Of a stretch of 64,000 nucleotides of DNA, positions 32,063 through 40,486 are shown piece by piece. The notes beneath the pieces were generated by a model that worked only from the letters and a program-made list of their open reading frames with translations, did not search any database and was not told the DNA's origin. The number at the start of each line of letters is the position of its first letter. The first letter of the stretch is position 1. The stretch covers positions 1-64,000 of the forward strand of contig CBDHHL010000034.1 of NCBI GenBank assembly GCA_965263355.1, written 5' to 3'. The translations under genes were made by a program, and so were the position numbers. This DNA is from Leptolyngbyaceae cyanobacterium (GTDB lineage Bacteria; Cyanobacteriota; Cyanobacteriia; Phormidesmidales; Phormidesmidaceae).

Positions 32063-32472
32063 GCACTTGCAAAAAAGTTTTTATTAGCAGTCCCTATACA
32101 TTGGGGGATACTGCCGCAAACGTGAGACTGCAGCATGACGCGTTCAATGCGTTGTTGCAGCTGGGTCATGCTCCACTTGCGCCATTGTTTTCTCACTATC
32201 ATGAGTTGATTTATCCTCAACCTTATGAAATGTGGTTGCGGTGGTGCATGCCCTGGGTAGCTGCATCTGATTGCGTTCTAAGACTTCCAGGGATCAGCTC
32301 AGGCGCTGATAGGGAATGTGAGTTCGCGCGGGAAAACGGTGTCATTGTTTTTGATAGCTGGATGACCGCAAAATCTGGGTTGATTTTGCCTAGATTTGAA
32401 GGAACTAAAGCAGCTGGAATTTTAGAGAAATTATTTTCAAATGACAATTGGAGGCTGGAGAATGAAGCTTAA
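32059..32472 (+). CDS. Nucleoside 2-deoxyribosyltransferase-like (DUF4406/DUF1937-type) protein
   Basis: KVFISSPYT...SDCVLRLPG.SSGADRE. Confidence 0.75.
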   Translation: MSTCKKVFISSPYTLGDTAANVRLQHDAFNALLQLGHAPLAPLFSHYHELIYPQPYEMWLRWCMPWVAASDCVLRLPGISSGADRECEFARENGVIVFDSWMTAKSGLILPRFEGTKAAGILEKLFSNDNWRLENEA

Positions 32473-33478
32473 AGCACCTTTCCCTTGGTTTGGCGGGAAA
32501 AGTCGAGCCGCCCATTTGATCTGGCAAGCGTTTGGGGACGTCCCAAACTATGTAGAACCGTTCGCGGGCAGTCTGGCCACTGTGTTGTTACGGGAAGGGT
32601 ACGATCCGTTGCAACATACTGAAACAGTCAACGACTTAGATTGTTATGTCGCCAATTTTTGGCGTGCATTGCAGCATGACCCTGATAGCGTTTCCCATTG
32701 GTGCGATCAGCCAGTCAATGAAGCTGACCTACATGCTAGACATAAGTGGCTGATCTCTCGTACTGATTTCAGGGAAAAGATGCTAAGAGATCCTGACTTT
32801 TATGATGTCAAGGTTGCTGGCTGGTGGGTGTGGGGGCTGTGCTGTTGGATTGGCTCAGGGTGGTGTCGTCTAGATGAGGCAGCTTCAACACAGCTACCTC
32901 ATCTAGACGACACTGGGCGGGGAGTTCATCGCAAAAGGCCCGATTTACGTTTCGGTCGGGGAGTTCATCGCAAAAGGCCTCATTTAGGTGACACTGGGCA
33001 GGGAGACTTGCTTGAGTATCTTCATGCACTGGCTGACAGGCTGCGGCGTGTTCGTGTTTGTTGTGGGGACTGGCAACGGGTTTTAGGCCCATCTCCTACC
33101 CATAAAATAGGGCTTACAGCAATTTTGTTAGACCCACCCTATCGTCAGGATTTAAGAGCGGATCTTTACTCAGTAGAAACTGAAGTGAGCGAAAAAGTTG
33201 GAGAATGGGCGACGGAGAACGGGAAAAACCCTAGCCTAAGGATCGTGTTGTGTGGCTATGAGGGTGAACATAAGATGCCTGGAGACTGGCGTAAAGTGCG
33301 TTGGAAATGTGGAAAAGGATACGCAGGACAGAACACTAAAGCGGAGAACAACAATCGAGACCTAGAAACACTCTGGCTGTCTCCAGCTTGCTTGCCTGTG
33401 GACGGCGAGTTCTATATAGACGGTCGAAAAACTACAAGCAAAAAACAACTGGATATTTGGGAGGTATTGACAGCATGA
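32462..33478 (+). CDS. DNA adenine methyltransferase (D12 class)
   Basis: PFPWFGGKS, YVEPFAGS, NDLD, DPPY. Confidence 0.92.
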   Translation: MKLKAPFPWFGGKSRAAHLIWQAFGDVPNYVEPFAGSLATVLLREGYDPLQHTETVNDLDCYVANFWRALQHDPDSVSHWCDQPVNEADLHARHKWLISRTDFREKMLRDPDFYDVKVAGWWVWGLCCWIGSGWCRLDEAASTQLPHLDDTGRGVHRKRPDLRFGRGVHRKRPHLGDTGQGDLLEYLHALADRLRRVRVCCGDWQRVLGPSPTHKIGLTAILLDPPYRQDLRADLYSVETEVSEKVGEWATENGKNPSLRIVLCGYEGEHKMPGDWRKVRWKCGKGYAGQNTKAENNNRDLETLWLSPACLPVDGEFYIDGRKTTSKKQLDIWEVLTA

Positions 33479-34230
33479 TGGACCCATTGTTTAGGGTTGA
33501 GCTTTTGAACCGATATGAATTGCCTCAACGCATGATTTGGCGCGACATGCATCAATGTTACTCAGATGAGTTTGTTGCTGATCAAAACGCGCCTTCTGAG
33601 GAAGAGGCGGGAAGATTGATTGTCAAGCATTTGCTAAAAGGTGGTCGGGGGCATTACGGCCCTCTCGAAAATCCGCAAATTAGCTTCAATGTTGGCTGGT
33701 TCCCGCATTCTACGATGCAGCAAATGAGAACCCACCGAGTAGGGGTTCATTTTAGTGTTCAGTCATTCCGATATACGGGCAGGCAGTTTCTGTCAGCTTA
33801 CGATCAGATTGGGATGCTCGATCTTGATAGTGAGGACAGAGATATTATCCAAAAGCTTTTTTATATTAGACCTGAAGGCGAATATACAGATCGCCAAGGG
33901 AAGCGTTACACAGTCACTACTGAACAAAGAGAAGAAGACATCGAATGGTGCTGGGAAGCCATCCGGCATTACCGAAACAGAGTTTTTCGTGATGGTTATT
34001 CAGAAGAACATGCACGAGGAACAATCCCTTTTGACGTAAGACAGCACTGGGTAATGTCGGCCAATGTCCGGTCTTTGATGCATATCTTAGATCTCAGGGC
34101 TAAGGCTGATGCCCAGCTAGAGGCTCAGCAGCTTTGTGAATTGATATGGCCGCATTTTGAGGAGTGGGTACCTCAGATCGCTGAATGGTACAAGGAAAAC
34201 CGCTGGAAAAAGGCAAAGCTAGCGCCATGA
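33475..34230 (+). CDS. thyX: FAD-dependent thymidylate synthase
   Basis: GHYGPLE, QMRTHR...SVQSFRY, EHARG, NVRSLMH.LDLR...AQLE. Confidence 0.95.
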   Translation: MMDPLFRVELLNRYELPQRMIWRDMHQCYSDEFVADQNAPSEEEAGRLIVKHLLKGGRGHYGPLENPQISFNVGWFPHSTMQQMRTHRVGVHFSVQSFRYTGRQFLSAYDQIGMLDLDSEDRDIIQKLFYIRPEGEYTDRQGKRYTVTTEQREEDIEWCWEAIRHYRNRVFRDGYSEEHARGTIPFDVRQHWVMSANVRSLMHILDLRAKADAQLEAQQLCELIWPHFEEWVPQIAEWYKENRWKKAKLAP

Positions 34231-34517
34231 ACTGTCCAGAAGAAATCAAAATAATTGCTCGCCAAAACGAAATGAATTTACAATATCCTCGCCCTAAGCC
34301 TGAGCCTGAGCCTAAGCCTGATGGGGCGTCATGGCCGGAAATAATATTCGGGATAATTATCTTGCCATTCGCTCTGTTGACTGTTGGGATAACGACGATG
34401 ATCGTCTATTGGATATCCCTGCAAGATCAGCGACGCACGGAGCAGTGGCGGGCAGCCGCACGTTCGAGTCCTGAGGAGTATTTAGAACGCTGTTTTAAGC
34501 TGGGAGGAAAACGGTGA
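34227..34517 (+). CDS. Small membrane protein
   Basis: One long hydrophobic helix; ATGA overlap with thyX. Confidence 0.5.
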   Translation: MNCPEEIKIIARQNEMNLQYPRPKPEPEPKPDGASWPEIIFGIIILPFALLTVGITTMIVYWISLQDQRRTEQWRAAARSSPEEYLERCFKLGGKR

Positions 34518-34574
34518 CAAGTGCTAAAGAGATCTTCACGCAACGCGCCAAACAGTATTACGAGAAAAAATACC

Positions 34575-36035
34575 CTAACGGTAAAATTGAACCTTTACCC
34601 GTTGTTGTGGCGAAAGTTGTTTCCCATGAACAACAACCTGCTTGATTAGTGAGTCAAGAATTATCCTTAGCTCACTGGGGGCTAGTTCTTCCCAGAATTC
34701 AGGATCAGCAGCAACCGTTTCGTAAATGTCAACGTCGTTTGGATCTACGTCTTGCCCAGTGGCTTGCTCTAGCTTTGATAGTTGCTGCTGCTTAATCTGA
34801 ATCACATCACTCAGTTCTGGATCAGCCATTGCCTGTAGCTGCTGTATCTGGTTTCTGAGTTTTATTATTTCTGGGTTCACTTCAGTGTTCGGCTCAGCAA
34901 ATTCTTGAGCAATTTCGAGTGCCCTAGCGCAAACCTGTGAGATCACTTCCTTGAAGAATTGATCCGTTTTAATTGAATTCTTATAAGGGCACTGTCTTTT
35001 CACTCGGCTGTTAATGGTTGATTCTGATCCTCCACGGCAAACCAGATATGAATACGTTTTTCCCTGCCTATGGACAGTGCTATTATTATGCCGACCACCG
35101 CATAAGCCGCATTTAATTTTGCCAGCCAATGGCTTTCTGCTTCTGGGCTTCCCATCGTTCATCGGATTAGGAGCAGAGGCAATATTTTCGACAGTTACTT
35201 GCACAGCTCGCCATCGGTCAGGGTCCATAATCGCTTCATGGTCTCCCTTCCTGACTAGCTCATTAGGCTTGCCAGGGAAATCAACCAGATAACCACGAAT
35301 CACGGGAGATTTAACCCATCGCATAAATCCCTTAGTACTGACAGGGAAGTTTTTAGCAACACCCCATCTATCGGGATGCTTTTCGCCATAACGACCGCAC
35401 ATTGCCCGAATAGTGGCCCGATATCCTCCAAGCTCAATTAGAGTGTCAATCATCTCAATAGCAATTTCCCGATAGGTTTTCCCGTCAGAACCAGGGAAAA
35501 TATCATCATTAATTACTAGCCGCTGGTCACTGTCCTTTTTATAGCCAAATGGCGGATTAACTATCCTGTTTTGACTACGCCTGAACGCATGCCCTTTTAC
35601 GCTGTGTTCTCGTGCCTGGTCCCGTTGATGCTGCGCAAATGTGGCATCCAGGTTAGCTTGCAGGTTCCCAGCTGCACTGGTCAAGTCGATAGGCTTGATC
35701 CCTTTGTCCAGCTCGATTAATTCGCAGTCATTTTCTAAAAGTGCATCCCTGATTTTTACCCACACTCCAATATCTCGATGCCCCCTGGAGTGATACGGGA
35801 CTACAAAGTATTTCTTATTAGGATTTTTCAACCTGGCTAATGCTTTTTGTAAATCCTTGCGTTCGAATATGCCGCCGGATTCAGCGTCAGAATAAATATC
35901 AGTAGGAGCAATGCCGACCGCTTCAAGACGCTCTAAATAACGCTCGGGACTATGGCCCTCTTGCTCCTGCCGCTGCGTCGAAACACGATAGTATCCAATG
36001 GCCTGAGATGGATCGAAGCTACTGCTTGCGGGCAA
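34575..36035 (-). CDS. Large serine recombinase/integrase (XisF-like architecture)
   Basis: GYYRVSTQRQ catalytic Ser, D.ESG, PPFGY, HEAIM, CGLCG zinc ribbon, coiled coil. Confidence 0.93.
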   Translation of the reverse strand: MPASSSFDPSQAIGYYRVSTQRQEQEGHSPERYLERLEAVGIAPTDIYSDAESGGIFERKDLQKALARLKNPNKKYFVVPYHSRGHRDIGVWVKIRDALLENDCELIELDKGIKPIDLTSAAGNLQANLDATFAQHQRDQAREHSVKGHAFRRSQNRIVNPPFGYKKDSDQRLVINDDIFPGSDGKTYREIAIEMIDTLIELGGYRATIRAMCGRYGEKHPDRWGVAKNFPVSTKGFMRWVKSPVIRGYLVDFPGKPNELVRKGDHEAIMDPDRWRAVQVTVENIASAPNPMNDGKPRSRKPLAGKIKCGLCGGRHNNSTVHRQGKTYSYLVCRGGSESTINSRVKRQCPYKNSIKTDQFFKEVISQVCARALEIAQEFAEPNTEVNPEIIKLRNQIQQLQAMADPELSDVIQIKQQQLSKLEQATGQDVDPNDVDIYETVAADPEFWEELAPSELRIILDSLIKQVVVHGKQLSPQQRVKVQFYR

Positions 36036-36206
36036 CTTGACACCTGCTTAACACACCACAAAGCATGATATCATCATTGTTGTACGCCAAGGGTTTAGCC
36101 CTGGCTTAGGAAATAATGCACAACTAAGACGGCATAATGGTAGATCTTTCTCGTCGTGAGTAGATTGTTCCAGCTCATTGAAAGGGATCGAAGTTGATTT
36201 AGCTAA

Positions 36207-36230
36207 AATACCTTACGATTGTAAGGTATT
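36207..36230. promoter_or_regulatory. Perfect 10-bp inverted repeat (PadR operator or att-related site)
   Basis: AATACCTTAC-GATT-GTAAGGTATT just upstream of the PadR-like gene. Confidence 0.55.
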
Positions 36231-36247
36231 AATTATAGGGCTATTCC

Positions 36248-36562
36248 ATGGCACAGCTAGACCTAACTAACACGCAGGAACTATTGATGACCGTTATCGA
36301 GCATCAGCGCTTGTATGGGCTAGAAATTTGTGATTCAATCGATAAAGCAACAAATGGCCAACGCACAATCCCTGTTGGGTCTTTATATCCGATATTAAAA
36401 CGCTTAGAGAATAGAGGTTTTGTCACATCTGAATGGGGCGAGGCTACAGAAAGCGGGGAAGGGGCGCGACGAAAATATTACTCTCTGACTGATGCAGGAA
36501 AAGATTTTTTGAATAAAACACGCGCCATTCGTGAGTTAGTGAATGCAGCTGCTGGCAACTGA
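36248..36562 (+). CDS. PadR-family transcriptional regulator
   Basis: YGLEI, GSLYPILKRLE..GFV.S.W, RRKYYSLT.AG. Confidence 0.95.
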   Translation: MAQLDLTNTQELLMTVIEHQRLYGLEICDSIDKATNGQRTIPVGSLYPILKRLENRGFVTSEWGEATESGEGARRKYYSLTDAGKDFLNKTRAIRELVNAAAGN

Positions 36563-36577
36563 AAATCGGCATCCATC

Positions 36578-36787
36578 TTATGGCTGGGCCGATTGCTCTA
36601 TCCAGCTTGGGACGTAATCGGTTCTATCGCAGTTCATTCCGTATTCCTGAATCAAAGGCAGAAGGAGCCTGTCGGCTACCCTTGATAGCTCCTCGCTCAG
36701 CAGCACTTCAATCGGAATGTTTAGCTGTTGAGCTTTAGTCAGGGTTTTTGAGCGTATGGAGATGGTGATTGAGGAGGCTTCTGTCAT
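36578..36787 (-). CDS. Small hypothetical protein, possibly RHH-like
   Basis: Coupled to the nuclease stop; ITISI strand then helices. Confidence 0.4.
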   Translation of the reverse strand: MTEASSITISIRSKTLTKAQQLNIPIEVLLSEELSRVADRLLLPLIQEYGMNCDRTDYVPSWIEQSAQP

Positions 36788-38481
36788 CATTCCGTAATTC
36801 CTCTTTTCTTGTGGTTCCTTGCGGCGTTAACATCTGCATTTTGCTTCTGTTCAAATAGGCTACAGCTCTCATTTACGCAAATAAACGTGTCTTGGTCTGG
36901 CCTGATGCCTTTTCCCCCGCAACAATGACAGCGTTGTGATGAGTATCTAGCCTCCGTCTCTATGTATAATTTCCCGGCTTCCTCTAATTTAGATTTTGTT
37001 TTAGTTCTAAGGTCGCCCATACAGGCTATTTTCAATGATCTGTTCAATCCTGCCTTAGCTGTTCTGCCGTTTTGCTCGTAATAACTTCCATCTTCAGCTA
37101 ATTTAGGCGTTGTCTGCCTCCCCATGTTAGTTAACGCCGTAGCCTCCCAGGCGATGACATCATAAGTTCTGGCTAACCTGGTTGACAGCTTATGATTGAA
37201 AGCATTTGAACTATTAACAGCTCGCTCATGCAGCCTGGATATTTTATTCCTAAGTTTTTGCTCGTTATTAGTGGCTTCACGCTTCCCACGCTTCCATATT
37301 TGTCCTAGCCGCTTATCATTTTTTTCAGTCATAATGTCAAGCTTGGATTGCAGCTTTTCAATATGATTGTGTATTCGTTGTCTGCTTTCGTTAGGATTAA
37401 ATAAATGACCTTCGTCAGTCGCTACAATTGCCTTAACGCCAGGGTCAATGCCCGCCATATGCCCGGTTCGTTTAGCGCATTTTGAGTCTTCTATTAGCAA
37501 GTATGGCAGCTCATTTTCTATTGACTTTTTCTTGGCTAATGCCGCTTGATAGTCTTCACTGTTAGCTAACGCCTTGGCTTGCTCCTTTTTCCCTTTAATG
37601 CCATCAATAACTTTTTTCTTGATAGCGATTAAAACTCTTTTTTGTCGTTTAAGCTCTAATCTATTTTCTTCTTCCGCTTCACTTTGAGTAGTTAGGCATA
37701 GATAGAAGCCACTCGGTTTTAATATCAGTTTGTAAGTCTTTATTACATAGCCTTCGAGTCTTTTTGAATAGCTGCGATCGCACGGTTCTAAAACTAAGCC
37801 TTGACCGTCGAATTGTCCTTTTTTGAACGGGATGGCTTTTTGATTATTGTTCAGCGTGCTAATTTTACACTGCTTGCCGTCCTTATACTTTGGCTGCTTT
37901 CTGGCGGGCAGTTTCCCGTCTAAATAAGCCTTCCAGGCAACCTCAAAGTCAGCTAGTAGCCCCCCAACAAAATCACTATTGCACGTTAATTCATCAAGAC
38001 CCTGAGAACTTCGTGACGCATTTAGCAACGCCATATTGTCTAGTCCCCATGATTTCCCCTTTAGCCCACGTATTAATGGGACGCCTTCCTTGAAATAAGG
38101 GACTTCGATATATTTATGGGGTTCTGGCTTTATCCGCTCATATGGCTTATCCCCAGCCACTAACTCATAGCCAAGTTTTGTTTTGCCATCGCCATAGTGA
38201 ATCAAAGGGGCTTTATCTGACTTCTTAAAATACGGACCTCCTTTAGCAATCTGACAAGCTGCGCCATTCCAACCGCCACTCTTTGAAAAGCGTAACGGCG
38301 TTCTAATGCAGCCTGATAAGTCGACGCCTTTCTTTTCTGCCCAGGCATACCACTCAAGGCAATGATTATGTAAGGCTACGGCCCGCACATAATTCCACAA
38401 CCATTCAAGCTCTCTGCAAATTTTCTCGTATTTAATCAGTGTTTCAGGGGTCGGCTGGACTTTTACCTTGATCGTCTTCAT
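36787..38481 (-). CDS. Compact type V CRISPR effector candidate (TnpB-derived, Cas12f/V-U-like RuvC nuclease), ~564 aa
   Basis: Likely start MKTIKVKVQPT; RuvC-I GIDPG, RuvC-II AWEAT, SSQRCHCCG..C...C Zn finger, RuvC-III NADVNAARN; adjacent CRISPR array; no tnpA. Confidence 0.85.
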   Translation of the reverse strand: MKTIKVKVQPTPETLIKYEKICRELEWLWNYVRAVALHNHCLEWYAWAEKKGVDLSGCIRTPLRFSKSGGWNGAACQIAKGGPYFKKSDKAPLIHYGDGKTKLGYELVAGDKPYERIKPEPHKYIEVPYFKEGVPLIRGLKGKSWGLDNMALLNASRSSQGLDELTCNSDFVGGLLADFEVAWKAYLDGKLPARKQPKYKDGKQCKISTLNNNQKAIPFKKGQFDGQGLVLEPCDRSYSKRLEGYVIKTYKLILKPSGFYLCLTTQSEAEEENRLELKRQKRVLIAIKKKVIDGIKGKKEQAKALANSEDYQAALAKKKSIENELPYLLIEDSKCAKRTGHMAGIDPGVKAIVATDEGHLFNPNESRQRIHNHIEKLQSKLDIMTEKNDKRLGQIWKRGKREATNNEQKLRNKISRLHERAVNSSNAFNHKLSTRLARTYDVIAWEATALTNMGRQTTPKLAEDGSYYEQNGRTAKAGLNRSLKIACMGDLRTKTKSKLEEAGKLYIETEARYSSQRCHCCGGKGIRPDQDTFICVNESCSLFEQKQNADVNAARNHKKRGITE

Positions 38482-38644
38482 TATTTTGTACGTCGTTTTG
38501 TGGCAGCTCTGGCAGCATATCAATAAAGCGTTCCAATAGGTCTGCTATCGATATATCCCAAAGTCTACAATACTGCTCTAGCTTTTGTTTACGGCTTTGC
38601 TTGATGCGGGCGTAAATCCTGCCTTCTCTATTCTCTTTTCCCAT
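38444..38644 (-). CDS. Ribbon-helix-helix regulator upstream of the effector
   Basis: RIYARI...RKQKL..Y.....SIADLLE.FID.LP pattern; overlaps effector start. Confidence 0.75.
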   Translation of the reverse strand: MGKENREGRIYARIKQSRKQKLEQYCRLWDISIADLLERFIDMLPELPQNDVQNNEDDQGKSPADP

Positions 38645-38689
38645 TTATATTAAAAAATACTTGGCGTACAAAATATAACACGCTAATAT

Positions 38690-38886
38690 AAGGACATCGC
38701 AGTTTGGGCGACAAGGCAGCGGAAACGTTGTTGGATGGCTTCAGCGCTAAGGTTCTCTAGGGGGCTATGGGTATCTTTTGTCGGGAAACCGATAAACACC
38801 AGCCGAAAGGCAAGATAGGAGCAAAAGGAGTCCGTAAGGCCCTTATAGATTCGCCGGATCTATGGCGAACAGTCTCAACTTTTTTT
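38690..38886 (+). ncRNA. Putative tracrRNA/scaffold RNA (~190 nt; 5' end approximate)
   Basis: GAAA-capped hairpins at 38716-31, 38779-94, 38802-11; TATCTT/AAGATA closing stem; hairpin 38845-63; T7 run at 38880-86. Confidence 0.6.
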
Positions 38887-38926
38887 GGCAAAGCTAAGCG
38901 AGGCCAAAAGAAGAACCTTGAAAAAC

Positions 38927-38945
38927 AGGGATTAAAGCTTTGGCA
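38927..38945 (+). other. 19-nt perfect anti-repeat in the CRISPR leader
   Basis: AGGGATTAAAGCTTTGGCA is the reverse complement of repeat nt 3-21. Confidence 0.85.
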
Positions 38946-39017
38946 AAATTGCCATTTTCTGAGCTTTGCCAGAATCGCTCATAAAAGCCTTGCGGCTAAA
39001 GGGATGCAGCTGTTTAC

Positions 39018-39273
39018 GCTGCCAAAGCTTTAATCCCTACCAAGGGACTGAAACGCACCTGGTGGAAACGAACTATTAGCCATGAGCCAAGCTGCCAAAG
39101 CTTTAATCCCTACCAAGGGACTGAAACCTGTTATTGGCTTGAGCTGGTCTATGCGGTCCTGAGCTGCCAAAGCTTCAACCCCTACCAAGGGACTGAAACT
39201 GTAACGTTCCCTGATTTGCGGGGCATGGTGCTATACGCTGCCAAGGCTTCAATCCGTTTCAAGGGGCTGAAAC
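39018..39273 (+). CRISPR. CRISPR mini-array: four 37-bp repeats, three spacers (36, 35, 37 bp)
   Basis: GCTGCCAAAGCTTTAATCCCTACCAAGGGACTGAAAC at 39018 and 39091, variants at 39163 and 39237 (most degenerate); GAAAC end and degeneracy gradient imply + orientation. Confidence 0.97.
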
Positions 39274-39351
39274 CAAAGAAGACATGGACTCTAGTTATTA
39301 CTCTCAGCTAGCTTGGGATACTAGTTGTGTCAACGAGCCCATTCTTCCAAA

Positions 39352-39555
39352 ATGATAGAAATTATATCTCGACATAGTTATCGTGAGTCCTTAGATTCTG
39401 AGGCGCAAGAGCAAATAGTTACGTTATACGTAGATCCTGAGACTGAGCAAGGGAGACTAATAGAAACAACAGACGGCGTTGAAACAAACCGAATAGAGCT
39501 ATCTGCATTAGCAGTCAGTAACCTGTTTGACGCGTTAAAAAACAATGGCGGTTGA
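39352..39555 (+). CDS. Small acidic hypothetical protein downstream of the array
   Basis: ATG 39352 within the 76-aa ORF. Confidence 0.45.
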   Translation: MIEIISRHSYRESLDSEAQEQIVTLYVDPETEQGRLIETTDGVETNRIELSALAVSNLFDALKNNGG

Positions 39556-39557
39556 AG

Positions 39558-40430
39558 TCACTCCGTAATTCCTTTTAGCCCGAGTATAGTTACGACTGAC
39601 CCCACGATTAGCGTAGACCACTCGAATATGTTCTTAATAGTTTCGTGATCCAGGTTCAGTGCGAACGCCGCGATTGCAGCCAATGATACGCCAAGTACAA
39701 GCATCATAAGCTTGATTTTTTTCTCAGCCTTGCGACGTGCGAGTAGCTGGGATTCTTGCTGACGGTTTAATGCACGCTCTTGCTCCAGCGTGCTACTAAG
39801 GTCTAGCAAAACGGAGCTTTGTTCATTAAGCTTTTGGCCAAACTCCTCACGCTCTTTGGAGTATTGAACCTGCATGCGCCCCATGGCTTCAGTGAGCTTT
39901 TCTAGCTGGTATTTGGCCTGCGTGGCTTCCTGTTCGTAGATCCGCCGTTCCATTTGAATAGCTTGGAATTGCTGCAGCGTTGGGGGATCCGTATCATCTC
40001 CCGGCTCTTTTTCTGCAGGCCACTCAAGGAGGCAATAGTACTTTGAGTCAATTAAATCATTTTGGAATTTAGGAAAAATAGTGATGCTTCCTGCAAGGCC
40101 AGGACGGAGCTGCATGAATCCAGTCACAGGACGATGGCCAACCCATACTCGTTGTTTCGACGGCTTCCATTCGCCGTCGACTAAGTGGCCATCGTGAACA
40201 AAATAATCCCAGCCCCTGGGACTTGCCGGGTTCTCTTCTGCTAACAAAGTGCATTGACGAGAGCTAATCCAATTTTGGCAGCGAGCACCGACCCCAATCT
40301 GAATGTGATTTTCTGCAGGTTCAGCTCTGCCAATCGTAATTGGCCCGCGCCTGAGCCTTTCTAGCGAGATTTCGTGTTGCTGATCACTCCCACCTATTTC
40401 GGTTATCAGCAGATACTCTTCGGCTTTCAT
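39558..40430 (-). CDS. FHA-domain, coiled-coil, two-TM protein
   Basis: ITIGR...ISSRQCTL...DG...S FHA-like motifs; long coiled coil; two C-terminal hydrophobic helices. Confidence 0.7.
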   Translation of the reverse strand: MKAEEYLLITEIGGSDQQHEISLERLRRGPITIGRAEPAENHIQIGVGARCQNWISSRQCTLLAEENPASPRGWDYFVHDGHLVDGEWKPSKQRVWVGHRPVTGFMQLRPGLAGSITIFPKFQNDLIDSKYYCLLEWPAEKEPGDDTDPPTLQQFQAIQMERRIYEQEATQAKYQLEKLTEAMGRMQVQYSKEREEFGQKLNEQSSVLLDLSSTLEQERALNRQQESQLLARRKAEKKIKLMMLVLGVSLAAIAAFALNLDHETIKNIFEWSTLIVGSVVTILGLKGITE

Positions 40431-40486
40431 ATTGAGCTATAGAACACTCACTAATAGGTTAGCCTATAAGAGAATCTTTCTCCTCA

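Noticed and set aside
32918..32979. 23-bp direct repeat in the adenine methylase
   Set aside because: In-frame low-complexity peptide repeat (GVHRKRP) within an intact ORF
36787..38481. Cas12k/CAST, or an ordinary IS605 TnpB insertion
   Set aside because: RuvC acidic residues appear intact and no tnsB/tnsC/tniQ is present; there is no tnpA and an array plus anti-repeat are adjacent. TnpB ancestry itself is not excluded
38767..39033. 88-aa ORF in the CRISPR leader
   Set aside because: Overlaps the structured RNA, anti-repeat and repeat 1; likely spurious
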